Source: a virus
Reading direction: 5' to 3' (one strand)
DNA length: 64,000 nucleotides
Virus record (IMG/VR): IMGVR_UViG_3300028883_000044
Span: 1-64,000 of that record
Part shown: positions 8,702-19,484 of the stretch, one piece after another
Numbering within the stretch: position 1 is the first letter of the stretch
Layout of the letters: each line of letters opens with the position of its first letter
Position numbers and translations under genes: made by a program
The notes under the pieces: generated by a model
What the model was told of the DNA's origin: nothing
Seen by the model: the letters and a program-made list of their open reading frames with translations, nothing else
Databases searched by the model: none

Positions 8702-11700
8702 TTACATCCTATCATCTGCTCTAATAACAGTTATATTTGAGTTTGGTAAACCTGTAGAACACTCAAAAAATTCTGTTTCTATGTCATCATAATACATTGC
8801 TTCTTTTTGGTAAAATGTAGAAGGGCTTCCCTCCAAGCTTGCAAATATGTAGGGGAAATCTTGATAGTTAGTTGTTTCAACTTGTTGAACATTTCCTGTA
8901 TCAAATGTATGATAATCAGTTAATTGGTATCTATACATTTGAGGTTTATCATCTATAATAGGTGAGAAATAACCATCAAAATCTATCATACTTATTTGAC
9001 CGGGATTTGTTTCGTCATCCTGACAGAATAAAATAAAACGACTGTAATTTCCATCAGCAATAGAACTGAAAGCTCTAGCACTCCTTACAAACTCTCCACC
9101 ACAAACAATATCATCTTCTAAGTAATAAGTATTCAAGTGGTAAAAGTCTACTTCTCCCTCATCATCTGAAAACCATATATAGCCTTTATTGTAATCTTCT
9201 ATTCCCCCATAAACAACTATAGGTCTACCATTAGATATTTCTATATTACTTTTATATGGCAAATCTATTACTTTTGTAAAAGAAGAATCCGTTACAGTGT
9301 TTCCTATGTTTCCCCTGAATAGTTGAAAATTATATTTACTACTAGGTTTACTATCACCATAGGGTAGCATTTCAAAACAAGACAGCCTTGGTCCAAAATT
9401 ATGTATAGGATCATTTCCTCCCATAGTTATTACAAAATTCTGTAATACCATAAAAGCATTATCATCATCTGCATATTTATAAGTCGAATAAGTTCCATTA
9501 GCTAAATTTATATATCTGTTTACAGTATTAGTATTATAGTCTACACCTATAGGATACATACTATACTCACTACCGACATGGGTTAAAATATAAAGGGTAT
9601 TATCATAATCATCCATATAAGGACTCACATCAATATATTTTTCACCTGTACGATAATGTGCATCTATAGTCTTTTCTTTAAAGAAGGTTATCGGATTTCT
9701 TATATATATATGTGTATCTGTACCATAAGGGTTTCTATCCACTTCCATTATTTTTGCACCAAATTTTCTAGAATTTAATCCACGTGTGAAAGCATAATCA
9801 CTTAAAGCACTTGGTGCATTATCTAAAGTATCATAAATTGTAGTACCGGTATCTGTATTAGTTAGTCTTGAATACAATCGTAAGTCTATATTTATATTCT
9901 CTATTTCAAAAGACAGTGTATAAGAATACTGTAAAACATAATTAGTCGAAGTTGGAGTATATTTCCATGAACTTGTTAAATTTTTTGCAAAAAGACCCAC
10001 ATAGGATAAACCATTAAGTAAATCAGTTCCGCCCATAAGCTGGGATACACCACCAGGAACTATAGAATCTGGGGGATATTCCCCTGTCTCTATACCATAG
10101 TCTGAAGTTCTAATACTCTCAATAATTACTTCACTAGTATGACCATTCCAAGTTATAAGGTGTGCTTCACCTCTATCGGAATAGTAACCATCAAATCCTG
10201 CTGAAAGTCCAAAACCAACATTAGATAATGATATTTGCATTGCGGTTCTATCATAAAAGGTTATTTCTGTATTATAATCAATAAAACGATTTCTAACTAT
10301 AAAATATTCTTTTTCTTCATACTCTCCTGTAACCATATTTATTTTTAGTAATATCATATAAGCATCTATATCATACTTATACCCATAGTACCAGTCATCG
10401 ACTATATTAGCTAAAACTTCCTTTTTTATCATATGATAGTAATAACCATCTTTGATTACCCAGTACCTACTTGCATTTGTATATGAATCATATCTAACAA
10501 GTCCTATAGAAGGTGTTCCCCAATTATCTGGAACATATTCTTTTACAGTAGTGTAAGTAGATGTTCCGGTTTCAAAATTTACTACGTACCTATCCCAAAT
10601 ATTATTGTGTTTAAATATTCCATAAAGAATACCATCTTCTTCATAAATAGCCATATCATATTTACCAGTAGGAACGACTTCAACATAAGTTATATCATTA
10701 CTAAGCTCATTATAATATTCATCATAATATTGCCTATAACGGATAGCTTGTGTACTAGAGGTATCATTAGCCCATAAATAAATAGCTTCAGCACCTGTAT
10801 AAGGTCCTGTAATTATTTCCTCTGGATCACTGTCATCTAAATAAATTCCAGTAGAAGTTATATGGCGGAAAATTGGATTAAATGAAGCCAAATATGTGCC
10901 TATTATAGGTCTCAACCCCCTAACAAAATTTGTATTTCGTAACATTTCTACACTATCTGCATCTGAAGGTAGAGAAGTATATTGTGTAAAATCAGCCAAG
11001 GTATCTGTACCATTATCTGATGAACCATAATTATAATGAACCCATTCATCTGTATCTTCATTCTCTGGAATGTTATCCGCTAAAACTGTTACATAGGGAG
11101 AACTGCCATCACTATCTACATCAAATCCGTGAGCATTATAATATAAATTACTATCACCGCCACTTATAGTTATTGGGTATGATAAATAACTAGAATTTAT
11201 AGGATTAAATTTCACTAACCAGCTTCTCAATTTTGTACCAGAAACTACTGGTATAGAATTTATATAATTAATATTCTCATTAAGATTGAATACTCCATAA
11301 ATTCTACTTGTTATTTTATCTACAGCACATCCCGTACAGTGGTAATTATCTGATGAATACTCCTCTTCAGTTTCAGGATCAATTAAACTAGCCGGAGTAA
11401 ATTCTGTCCAGCTTTCGTCATCAACTATTCTATAATATAATTTACTAAAATCTTCCCCACTTACAGTACATATACTTGCAAATACCCCATTACTAATACT
11501 GAGATCACTAACAAAAGAATCTGCAATACCAGTATTAAATGCTGACCATACATGATTATAATTAAGTAACTTTCTATATACACCATTCCCTTCCGTACCA
11601 GCATAGACATAACCACCGTAATCAAAATACCCAAATAATCTAGGACATCTTTCATCAAGTATTATTGTAGTTATAAGCCCTTCATCACTCATTTTAGAAC

Positions 11701-12592
11701 CAACGGTAGTTACTAAACCAATCCCTGTAAAATATTTTGATTTTATTAAAACATGTTCCCCCAAGTTTACATTCATAGTCCCAGCAACTTCTATATGTTT
11801 TTCAAAAGTTATTTGACTAAATTCATTTAGTGCTCTATTAGCAAGAGCATTTGCAGTAGATGATTCTTTTATATAACTATTAGCTACTACTAGTGTTCTT
11901 TTATCATTTGTATCATAAGACCAAGGAGTATCTTTAGAAACATCTGCAAATACCCATCGCTGTAAATCTGAATTACCATTACCCCATACAACTACACGAT
12001 TCCTTAACATCTTATCATCTTGTACGAGTTTCAAATCTAGAATATCTGTATCTGTTAAAGTATGGTCATATGAAGATGTATCATAATCTAAAGTACCTAT
12101 AGTAGCAATATTACTGTCATCAAAATATAAGTACCAACCATTTTGTTGGAGTAGAGGTGTAACAGCATCCAAACAAGTACATGGTCCTATTGAAGTATTA
12201 TTATTAATTATCTGCCCAACAGAATCAGTATTGAATGTATAGTCTATAGTAGCTTCTCCAAGAAATCTTTCTATCCAAGCTCTTGAATATTCTAAACTAT
12301 CTATATTGTTTACTTCTGTTATAAAATAATCTTTATATTTTTTATAACCATTTCCACAGGAAAGTTTTAAAGTCCCATCATAATTATCTGTTATTATATC
12401 TAAATAAAATGTTCCTCGCTTGTTACCACCTTCGTATAGTATAACTGTGCTATAGGGAATATAACTTCGACCTGTATTAGTTACAGTAATTTCCAATTGC
12501 CCTTTACTATCACATATATTATTACTATATGTATATGTAATAACCTCGGTTGTTATATTATTACCTTCCCAAACTAAACTGACATTCATCAT
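8702..12592 (-). CDS. large tail tip / baseplate protein (hub-like N-terminus, beta-propeller-like remainder)
   Basis: LRNRVVVWG hub motif shared with 12589..13548; YAGTEGNGVY repeat type; position after TMP. Confidence 0.65.
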   Translation of the reverse strand: MMNVSLVWEGNNITTEVITYTYSNNICDSKGQLEITVTNTGRSYIPYSTVILYEGGNKRGTFYLDIITDNYDGTLKLSCGNGYKKYKDYFITEVNNIDSLEYSRAWIERFLGEATIDYTFNTDSVGQIINNNTSIGPCTCLDAVTPLLQQNGWYLYFDDSNIATIGTLDYDTSSYDHTLTDTDILDLKLVQDDKMLRNRVVVWGNGNSDLQRWVFADVSKDTPWSYDTNDKRTLVVANSYIKESSTANALANRALNEFSQITFEKHIEVAGTMNVNLGEHVLIKSKYFTGIGLVTTVGSKMSDEGLITTIILDERCPRLFGYFDYGGYVYAGTEGNGVYRKLLNYNHVWSAFNTGIADSFVSDLSISNGVFASICTVSGEDFSKLYYRIVDDESWTEFTPASLIDPETEEEYSSDNYHCTGCAVDKITSRIYGVFNLNENINYINSIPVVSGTKLRSWLVKFNPINSSYLSYPITISGGDSNLYYNAHGFDVDSDGSSPYVTVLADNIPENEDTDEWVHYNYGSSDNGTDTLADFTQYTSLPSDADSVEMLRNTNFVRGLRPIIGTYLASFNPIFRHITSTGIYLDDSDPEEIITGPYTGAEAIYLWANDTSSTQAIRYRQYYDEYYNELSNDITYVEVVPTGKYDMAIYEEDGILYGIFKHNNIWDRYVVNFETGTSTYTTVKEYVPDNWGTPSIGLVRYDSYTNASRYWVIKDGYYYHMIKKEVLANIVDDWYYGYKYDIDAYMILLKINMVTGEYEEKEYFIVRNRFIDYNTEITFYDRTAMQISLSNVGFGLSAGFDGYYSDRGEAHLITWNGHTSEVIIESIRTSDYGIETGEYPPDSIVPGGVSQLMGGTDLLNGLSYVGLFAKNLTSSWKYTPTSTNYVLQYSYTLSFEIENINIDLRLYSRLTNTDTGTTIYDTLDNAPSALSDYAFTRGLNSRKFGAKIMEVDRNPYGTDTHIYIRNPITFFKEKTIDAHYRTGEKYIDVSPYMDDYDNTLYILTHVGSEYSMYPIGVDYNTNTVNRYINLANGTYSTYKYADDDNAFMVLQNFVITMGGNDPIHNFGPRLSCFEMLPYGDSKPSSKYNFQLFRGNIGNTVTDSSFTKVIDLPYKSNIEISNGRPIVVYGGIEDYNKGYIWFSDDEGEVDFYHLNTYYLEDDIVCGGEFVRSARAFSSIADGNYSRFILFCQDDETNPGQISMIDFDGYFSPIIDDKPQMYRYQLTDYHTFDTGNVQQVETTNYQDFPYIFASLEGSPSTFYQKEAMYYDDIETEFFECSTGLPNSNITVIRADDRM

Positions 12593-13548
12593 TTCCTTAA
12601 CTCCAATGTTGTTGTAAACCCCTCACTTTCAAACGATTGTTCTATAGCATAAACATACCAGTCAAGTGTACCTATACTTAATGTAACTGGGGTAACTCTT
12701 ATAATATCTCTAGCTGAAATATCAGTTCTACCAACTATATTAATACTCATACTTTCAGTAAGTCGATTTAATTTATCTAAATTATAATCGGCTATTGTTT
12801 GAGCCATATCATTAGTTTGAACTAAAATACTAGAAGCATATACAACTGATTTATAAAAATCTGTGGGCAGGTATGGTGAAACAGCAGAAGCTTCGGCATA
12901 CACACCATCATTACCATAAACAACAACTCTATTTCTTAAATCTTTTTCTGATACAGAATAATCTTCTTCAAGAATTTCACTAGCTGAAATTTCATGTGTA
13001 TAAGTATCTCCATCCATGATATAAGGCATACGTCTTTTGAAGTGTACTGTTCCAGAATTATCACACCATATATGATAAGCTAAAAGAGTAGCTATTCTAT
13101 TATTGAAATCATAAACAGATTCTAAATTAACTTCAACAGGATTATTTATGCCAAATGTAAAATAACTTGTTTCATATTCATAACTATTTAAATTAGCTAG
13201 AGAAAAAACATCCCCAACTAAATCTTCTGCTGATATATTACTTCTACTAAAAGGGCTATCAGGATCGGACGAAGCTATAAAATAATCTATAGCCCTTGTC
13301 ATCTTATCATTTAAAGTTATATTATAAGTATTCTCAGGAATGTTTTGTTCTATTAGCTTTACATACCCATTAAAGACTACATCAGAATCTCCTACATATC
13401 CTAAATCAATATTTATTTCATCTCCCAAATCGACAGAATGATTTTCACATTCTATAATTGCAGTAGCCGAGGGGGATGAATGGCTTTCACTAATTCTAAT
13501 TGACAGTATACCACTCATCCCTGAGATACTTCCATATAAGCTACTCAT
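12589..13548 (-). CDS. baseplate hub (Tal/gp27-like) protein
   Basis: VFNGYV, LRNRVVVYG, ends FTTTLELR; position. Confidence 0.6.
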   Translation of the reverse strand: MSSLYGSISGMSGILSIRISESHSSPSATAIIECENHSVDLGDEINIDLGYVGDSDVVFNGYVKLIEQNIPENTYNITLNDKMTRAIDYFIASSDPDSPFSRSNISAEDLVGDVFSLANLNSYEYETSYFTFGINNPVEVNLESVYDFNNRIATLLAYHIWCDNSGTVHFKRRMPYIMDGDTYTHEISASEILEEDYSVSEKDLRNRVVVYGNDGVYAEASAVSPYLPTDFYKSVVYASSILVQTNDMAQTIADYNLDKLNRLTESMSINIVGRTDISARDIIRVTPVTLSIGTLDWYVYAIEQSFESEGFTTTLELRK

Positions 13549-13909
13549 CCTTATATAACTCCAAATCTGCTATATATACATTTGCAGTCTCCGGAAGATC
13601 AGTTCTAAGTGACTGACAAATAGAATATATTTGTTTAATAGAAACATTCTTCAAATAAAAATCACCTACTACACCGTCATAATTTACTAGCTCAAAAGAT
13701 ACCCCACTAGCTACTAAACTTTCTATATGATTTTTATCTGTATCACCTACTATATAACAACCTAATTTCGAAATGGGAGTAGTATACCCAAACACTTGTA
13801 AGACAGTATCTCCTGCCAAAGGTTGTAATCTTGCTATAATCTGTTCAGAATCTTCTGCAGACTCTGTTACAAAAATTCTTGTACCACCATAAGTCCATGC
13901 CATAATCAC
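13541..13909 (-). CDS. putative distal tail (Dit-like) protein
   Basis: small gene immediately downstream of TMP. Confidence 0.45.
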   Translation of the reverse strand: MIMAWTYGGTRIFVTESAEDSEQIIARLQPLAGDTVLQVFGYTTPISKLGCYIVGDTDKNHIESLVASGVSFELVNYDGVVGDFYLKNVSIKQIYSICQSLRTDLPETANVYIADLELYKDE

Positions 13910-13913
13910 ACTC

Positions 13914-16900
13914 CTAATTAACTATATTTGTTTTTGTTGTAGTATTACCACTACCAAATCTTAATAAATCTTCAAATAAATATCTCTTTATTGTATTAGC
14001 AACAGTTCTTCCATCTAAAACTAACTGAGAAGTATTTGTCATATTTATCTCTAAACGAACTGGTTTTGTATCTATATTTAGCGAAGGACCTTTATCTAAA
14101 GCATTAGCCCCCATTGCAGAAGCTGTTAAAGCCCCACCAAAAAATGGAATAGAACCTAACATTCCATACATTAAAACTCTTTCTAATAAATTCATATCAG
14201 AAGGTTTAGATGTTGTTGTAGTAGTATCTGGAAGAAGTCCTCGCTGTCTTTGGAAATAATTATCTCTCAACGTAGTATGTAAATCCCTATCCTCTACAAA
14301 TCCGGGCTGAGTTCGACTAGATTTAATGGCAGTTCTTTTAAGAGTATCTTCTTCCAATTCTTTTAGATAATCTATATCTGCACTTTTTTCCAGAGCGGTT
14401 GCCTTAGCTATTTCTGTATAACTTCCCCGTGTAGGGCTTGTAGTTGTAGTTTCTTTACCCCCAGCTAAAGTTTTTGCGGCAAGTTCTGCGGCATCTGCAG
14501 GTACCCACATATAAGCACCTTCTGGTAAATTATATACACCATCTAACTGTTTCTGTAAAAGTTCATTGGTTTCTTCCTGAGCTAATTTGAAAGCTAATTG
14601 ATTAACTTCAATTGTCTTTAATCCATCAGAAAGAATTAATCTCATAGCGTCTTGTGTAAGACCTCTTTCACCACCAACTTCTCCGCCATACCACTCATTA
14701 GCCCATTGCTGTTCGAACTGTCTTGCCCTTGGTAGTATTTGATTCATTAACTGCTCTTGTGAAATATCTGTCATAGCCTGCATATTTATTTTACTAGGGT
14801 CTAACTTTTCCATAGCTTCTTCCATAGCAGGGCTAAAAAATTCACCTAAGTTATCTACAATTTTCCACTTATTCTTACCAAATTCATCTACAGTTAATAC
14901 TGCGAATTCACTTAAATCTTCTCTCCATTTATCTTTTACACTCTCAGGTAAATCAAAAGCACTTATATAGCTTTCACGCATTATTGTAGCTGTTCGAATA
15001 GCTTCATTTACCGCATCTTCATTCATCACATCTTGGCTATAAATTGAAGGTGCTTCAAATGCTTGGAATTGCTGTCCTTCTATTTTTTGCTGTACCATCT
15101 TTGCAGTATATTTTTCAAGGTCAGCAGTTGGTAAATTATTTTCTATATTGTAAGCTATTTGACCAAAAAGGGCTATAAGATATTCTTGTTCATCCCCTGT
15201 AGATTTTACCATAGCTTCAAATAAAGCTTCTATAGCTTCGCTTCCGGTTACACCCATTCTTTCTTTTAGTTCATCACCAATTACTGCATATAATCTAGAT
15301 AGCTGTGTATCCATTGTTTGGAGATATTCCATCTGTTCTTTATATGTAGTAATATTCATATCCCCAAAACTAAGCTCTGTACCAAGTTCTTTTTCTCTCT
15401 CAGCACGTAGGGTAGAGAATAAATTTGAATAGGTTTGTTCTATAGCTGTGGCTCTGTTTGTTGTTTCAGTTTGAATATCAACGCCCATTCCCTGATTTAC
15501 AACATAGAAGTTTTTATAAGCTTCTCTATATTCATTTAAAATATCTTCAGGTGCTGTTGAGCTTGCAACTGCTGTTCTATATTGTTCTTTATCCATACCT
15601 TGTAAATTCTTTTTTCCGAAAAGCTGATAAGTACCATAATTTACGGAAGAGGCTATATTAGCTAACCATAAAGGAAGTTTATCGCCCTTCTGTCCAATAG
15701 CTAATTCAAACTGATTAGCACTATATCCCATAAGATTTTCTTGGGCAGTATCTAACCTCTCACCCGCTTCTCGTATTTTTCTTTCTCTATCTGTTTCTTC
15801 TGAAACATCTTTTTCACTAGCACGCTGTCCTTCAGCCATTGCTTTAGCTATAGTACCACCTATATCATATTCTTCAACTGCTGTAGAATAAAGTGCTTGA
15901 CCAGCAGTTGAACCTAATACTATACCTAATGCAGGTGCACCAAAAGCTGAACCTGCAACACCGCCAAGAGCGGCACCTACTGTCTGAGCCGCCGCACTTC
16001 CAGCATCACCATTAATAAGTGACATGGCGGCACTGGCAAATACCATACCACCTGCGGCAAATGCGGCTGGATTATTTTTTACAGCAGTTGCAAATTTATT
16101 TCCAATTACATCGCCTGCGGCTTCTGCGTTTTTTATTAAGCCTGTATTTGTATTATAAAGTAATCCAGATAATTTTGCAGTATCTTTATGATAATATTGA
16201 CTTGGGGTAGTACTCCCTACGGCACCTCTATTAAAAATTTTTCCAGCACCATATCCAGTACGGTATGCCATATTAGCACCCCAATCTACGATACTAGCAC
16301 GTTTACCTGCCATATTTTCTCTACCTAACCATAAACTACCTGCACCTGCCATAGCTAAATAAGGCGTTAGAGAACCTAATACCTTAGTAGTACTGGCAGA
16401 AAATTTAGTTATACCTGTTAGTACATTAAGTAGTTTCGTAGCTGTATCTAACAAATTGCCTTCATTACCTAAAGACATAGCTAATTCGGTAAAAGAGTTT
16501 GCAAGTCGTTCAGAAGCTACACTTGTAGTATCTAACTTATTAGTTAAAGCTGAGTAAGTATCTCCTGCGGCATTTGCACTAACTGTTGAAATATCTGTAA
16601 TTCTTCCAAGGTTTTCCATAAACGCATTGAATTGAGCACCACGTCTAGCACCACCACCCATAACTTCAGCTAGTTTAGCCATCTCTTGTTCAGATATTAA
16701 ACCTGCATCTGACATAGCTCTAATATCATACATAACATCCATGAAAGCTCTAACATTGCCATCAACATCTTTTACTGCAATACCATATTTTGTAAGTTCT
16801 GCTACAGATGTATCTGTTTGAAAACCAGATATAAAAGCTCTTACCATATTACCAGTTTCAGTAGCACTCTTATTAGATACTTCTGCAGAAGCGGCAATAA

Positions 16901-18371
16901 CAGCATTCAATTCATCTACTTCTAGACCAACATTATTAGCGGCTGTAGCTACAATTGAAAATGACATAGCGAGTGATTCAATATCTACATTAGCTACCTT
17001 TGAAACAGCTACCCATTTATCTAATAGAGATACACCCTCTGTCAATTCCATATCCAATTGTTTCAAAGCGGCTGATAGAACGTCTAAAGCCTGAGCTTCA
17101 TCCATCCCCGATAACTGAGAAAGTGCTAATGAATCTTTAAGTAGAATTGTAGCAGTGGCTGATCTTTCTAATTCATTCTTTAAATTACCTGCGGCAATGT
17201 AAGCCATCCTATAGCTATCAACAGTACCTGCTACACTCTCGCCCATTTCACTAGCTACATCGACTAACCCATCAAAAGTTTTGTACAATTCACTTGATGA
17301 CTGTGCTGTCACAATTTGAACTTCTGCTAATTTAGTTTCTGTAACAATCATTTCATCAATGAGCTCTTCAAATTTTCTAATAGGTGCATAAACAACACCA
17401 ATAGCTAATGTCCATTTAGCTACTTCGCCGATGTCTCGTACAATGGCATCAGAGAAAGTTCTGAATCGTTTTTGTGTATCCTTTAGTACTGTACCATGTT
17501 TATCTAATGACATATTCATGGTATCAAATACATGTGCACCATCCCCACCCATCGTATGCTTTTTTGTAAACTGAACTCTAGCCATACCTGTAGAAGCTTC
17601 ACGATTTATCTTTGTAATTTTATCTACACTATACCCGTACTTTTCAGCAAATTTCTCAACATTTTTTAGACCTTCTTCACCCCACTGTTGTCGGATATAA
17701 TCCTCAGTTGTATCAAAAGATTCTTCCATTCCCCCGCCACCAGCTCGTCTATTTTCATATTCCCAAGGGCTTTCAACATTAGTCCCATGTTGGGCATATG
17801 CAATATTCATTCGCTGTATTGCGGCTAGGTAATCATATATCTGTTTAATTTCTGGAATAGTTTCAGGAGGAAATAATGGTTCTTTTCTACCAGCACCCTG
17901 TAATAGTGCATTCATTCTAGAAAGTTCATCATTAACTTGCTGAACACTGGTTGTCCTACCTATACTTCCTCTAAATGAGGAAAGAATTCTATCTTGGTCC
18001 TCACTAGTTCTTAAAGATGTAGGTAAACCTCCTCGTAAATTAGCATAAGCTTCTGTTCCAGCACCGGGTGAACGAACAGATGTAGCAAACCTATTACTAA
18101 CACTTAATAAGTTTTCTAAGGCTTTAGCAAGCTTTTGAGTACTTTGTGAAGAAGCATCAAAACCTGTGGTTATTTGATTAGCATTTTTTATAACAGTATC
18201 GAAAGCTGTAGCAAAAGTATCCGCAGTAACAGTAAATTTACCAGACCCTATATTAGCTAGAGCATTGTTTAATAACTCTAAAGCTTTAATAGCTTCTGGA
18301 GATTTAACACTGATTACATTAAAGAACTCTTGTAATGCTTTTATACTCTCATGTATTTGGCTATTTGCCAT
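13914..18371 (-). CDS. tail tape measure protein
   Basis: 1485 aa, Ala-rich and helical; TP901-type TMP core; Gly/Ala hydrophobic segment; follows the chaperone. Confidence 0.9.
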   Translation of the reverse strand: MANSQIHESIKALQEFFNVISVKSPEAIKALELLNNALANIGSGKFTVTADTFATAFDTVIKNANQITTGFDASSQSTQKLAKALENLLSVSNRFATSVRSPGAGTEAYANLRGGLPTSLRTSEDQDRILSSFRGSIGRTTSVQQVNDELSRMNALLQGAGRKEPLFPPETIPEIKQIYDYLAAIQRMNIAYAQHGTNVESPWEYENRRAGGGGMEESFDTTEDYIRQQWGEEGLKNVEKFAEKYGYSVDKITKINREASTGMARVQFTKKHTMGGDGAHVFDTMNMSLDKHGTVLKDTQKRFRTFSDAIVRDIGEVAKWTLAIGVVYAPIRKFEELIDEMIVTETKLAEVQIVTAQSSSELYKTFDGLVDVASEMGESVAGTVDSYRMAYIAAGNLKNELERSATATILLKDSLALSQLSGMDEAQALDVLSAALKQLDMELTEGVSLLDKWVAVSKVANVDIESLAMSFSIVATAANNVGLEVDELNAVIAASAEVSNKSATETGNMVRAFISGFQTDTSVAELTKYGIAVKDVDGNVRAFMDVMYDIRAMSDAGLISEQEMAKLAEVMGGGARRGAQFNAFMENLGRITDISTVSANAAGDTYSALTNKLDTTSVASERLANSFTELAMSLGNEGNLLDTATKLLNVLTGITKFSASTTKVLGSLTPYLAMAGAGSLWLGRENMAGKRASIVDWGANMAYRTGYGAGKIFNRGAVGSTTPSQYYHKDTAKLSGLLYNTNTGLIKNAEAAGDVIGNKFATAVKNNPAAFAAGGMVFASAAMSLINGDAGSAAAQTVGAALGGVAGSAFGAPALGIVLGSTAGQALYSTAVEEYDIGGTIAKAMAEGQRASEKDVSEETDRERKIREAGERLDTAQENLMGYSANQFELAIGQKGDKLPLWLANIASSVNYGTYQLFGKKNLQGMDKEQYRTAVASSTAPEDILNEYREAYKNFYVVNQGMGVDIQTETTNRATAIEQTYSNLFSTLRAEREKELGTELSFGDMNITTYKEQMEYLQTMDTQLSRLYAVIGDELKERMGVTGSEAIEALFEAMVKSTGDEQEYLIALFGQIAYNIENNLPTADLEKYTAKMVQQKIEGQQFQAFEAPSIYSQDVMNEDAVNEAIRTATIMRESYISAFDLPESVKDKWREDLSEFAVLTVDEFGKNKWKIVDNLGEFFSPAMEEAMEKLDPSKINMQAMTDISQEQLMNQILPRARQFEQQWANEWYGGEVGGERGLTQDAMRLILSDGLKTIEVNQLAFKLAQEETNELLQKQLDGVYNLPEGAYMWVPADAAELAAKTLAGGKETTTTSPTRGSYTEIAKATALEKSADIDYLKELEEDTLKRTAIKSSRTQPGFVEDRDLHTTLRDNYFQRQRGLLPDTTTTTSKPSDMNLLERVLMYGMLGSIPFFGGALTASAMGANALDKGPSLNIDTKPVRLEINMTNTSQLVLDGRTVANTIKRYLFEDLLRFGSGNTTTKTNIVN

Positions 18372-18374
18372 AAG

Positions 18375-18683
18375 TTATCCTTCGATAGCATTTTCTGAAA
18401 TTAGTATTGAGTTACTTTTGCTATCTTCTTTATTTTTTCCATAAACTCTATCAAGCCAATTATCTAAGTCACTTGAAGTACCATCCCATATTATTTTATC
18501 TGTAGGTCTTTTATCTTTAGGTAATTCACTTAGATTATCAACTTGCATTCGCTTTCGTATAACATAAGATATTGTATAAGGTAAGTAATTTATTTCTGTA
18601 ATTGAACGATCAAAAGGAATTCCTAATCCCTTTGAAACAGTCCATAAAGAAGCTATACCATTACTCCTAGCTATTTTTTTAAA
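18375..18683 (-). CDS. -1 frameshift extension of the tail assembly chaperone (gpGT-like), missing from the ORF track
   Basis: slippery T TTA AAA AAA TAG; -1 frame open for 99 codons (IARSNGIASLW...ENAIEG) to TAA at 18375-18377. Confidence 0.85.
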   Translation of the reverse strand, partial: FKKIARSNGIASLWTVSKGLGIPFDRSITEINYLPYTISYVIRKRMQVDNLSELPKDKRPTDKIIWDGTSSDLDNWLDRVYGKNKEDSKSNSILISENAIEG

Positions 18684-19384
18684 GTTTCGGTGGATATTTC
18701 TAAATCAGAATACGCACTAAAAATCTGTTTCTTTATATCCTGTGGTAAATTATCAAACTGTTCATAGTTACCGAAGTAATGTGTTATATACTTATTGTCA
18801 CGGTATACACTTAGAAATACAGTCATAGACCTAAAAGCATCTAACATAGTAGCTTCACATATTGTATCTATAACAGCCTTCTCATATTTTTTATACAGAA
18901 TTTCTAAATCTATTTCACCTAAAGTTTTCTTTTCTTTTTCTATAAACTTGGTTGTTTTTTCTTTTAGGATTTCTGCTCGTTTTTTACTCCAATCATCTAC
19001 TACTTTCTGATATTTTTCATGGGCTTCTAAATCAGCTTTCTCAGAAGGTTCAGTAGGTAAAGGTAAATCAATCTCCTCTGAGACCTGTTTATAAAAAGTT
19101 TTAATTTGAGTTGCTAAGATAGCTTCTATATAAATTTCCCTGCTCTCTTCATCATAGGGTAATATATAAGCAAACCTTTCTTCTGAAACTTCTTTTCTAA
19201 GATTCTCTCGTAACTCAGCACTCTTTCGTAGAGCAAATACTCTAGCTCTATTTATATCAGCATCCCCAGCTAATCTTATATATAATGTTACTATTGTATC
19301 ACCTTTACTATTTTTTAAGCTTAGTTTCTTTTTCCACTCAAAAAGTTTAGATATATCAACATCATTTTTTTCAATTGACTCCAT
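18671..19384 (-). CDS. tail assembly chaperone (gpG-like)
   Basis: lies between tail tube and TMP; ends in the slippery sequence. Confidence 0.8.
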   Translation of the reverse strand: MESIEKNDVDISKLFEWKKKLSLKNSKGDTIVTLYIRLAGDADINRARVFALRKSAELRENLRKEVSEERFAYILPYDEESREIYIEAILATQIKTFYKQVSEEIDLPLPTEPSEKADLEAHEKYQKVVDDWSKKRAEILKEKTTKFIEKEKKTLGEIDLEILYKKYEKAVIDTICEATMLDAFRSMTVFLSVYRDNKYITHYFGNYEQFDNLPQDIKKQIFSAYSDLEISTETLKK

Positions 19385-19400
19385 TCCATACCTCCTAGTT

Positions 19401-19448
19401 AAAATTAAATGGGGCTATAAATAAACGTAATAGTCTATATATAGCCCC
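19401..19448 (-). terminator. intrinsic terminator after the major tail gene
   Basis: GGGGCTATA...TATAGCCCC stem followed by an AT/T-rich tract on the minus strand. Confidence 0.55.
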
Positions 19449-19484
19449 GTCTTACTACCTTTATGCTATTTTCAAAATTTTATA

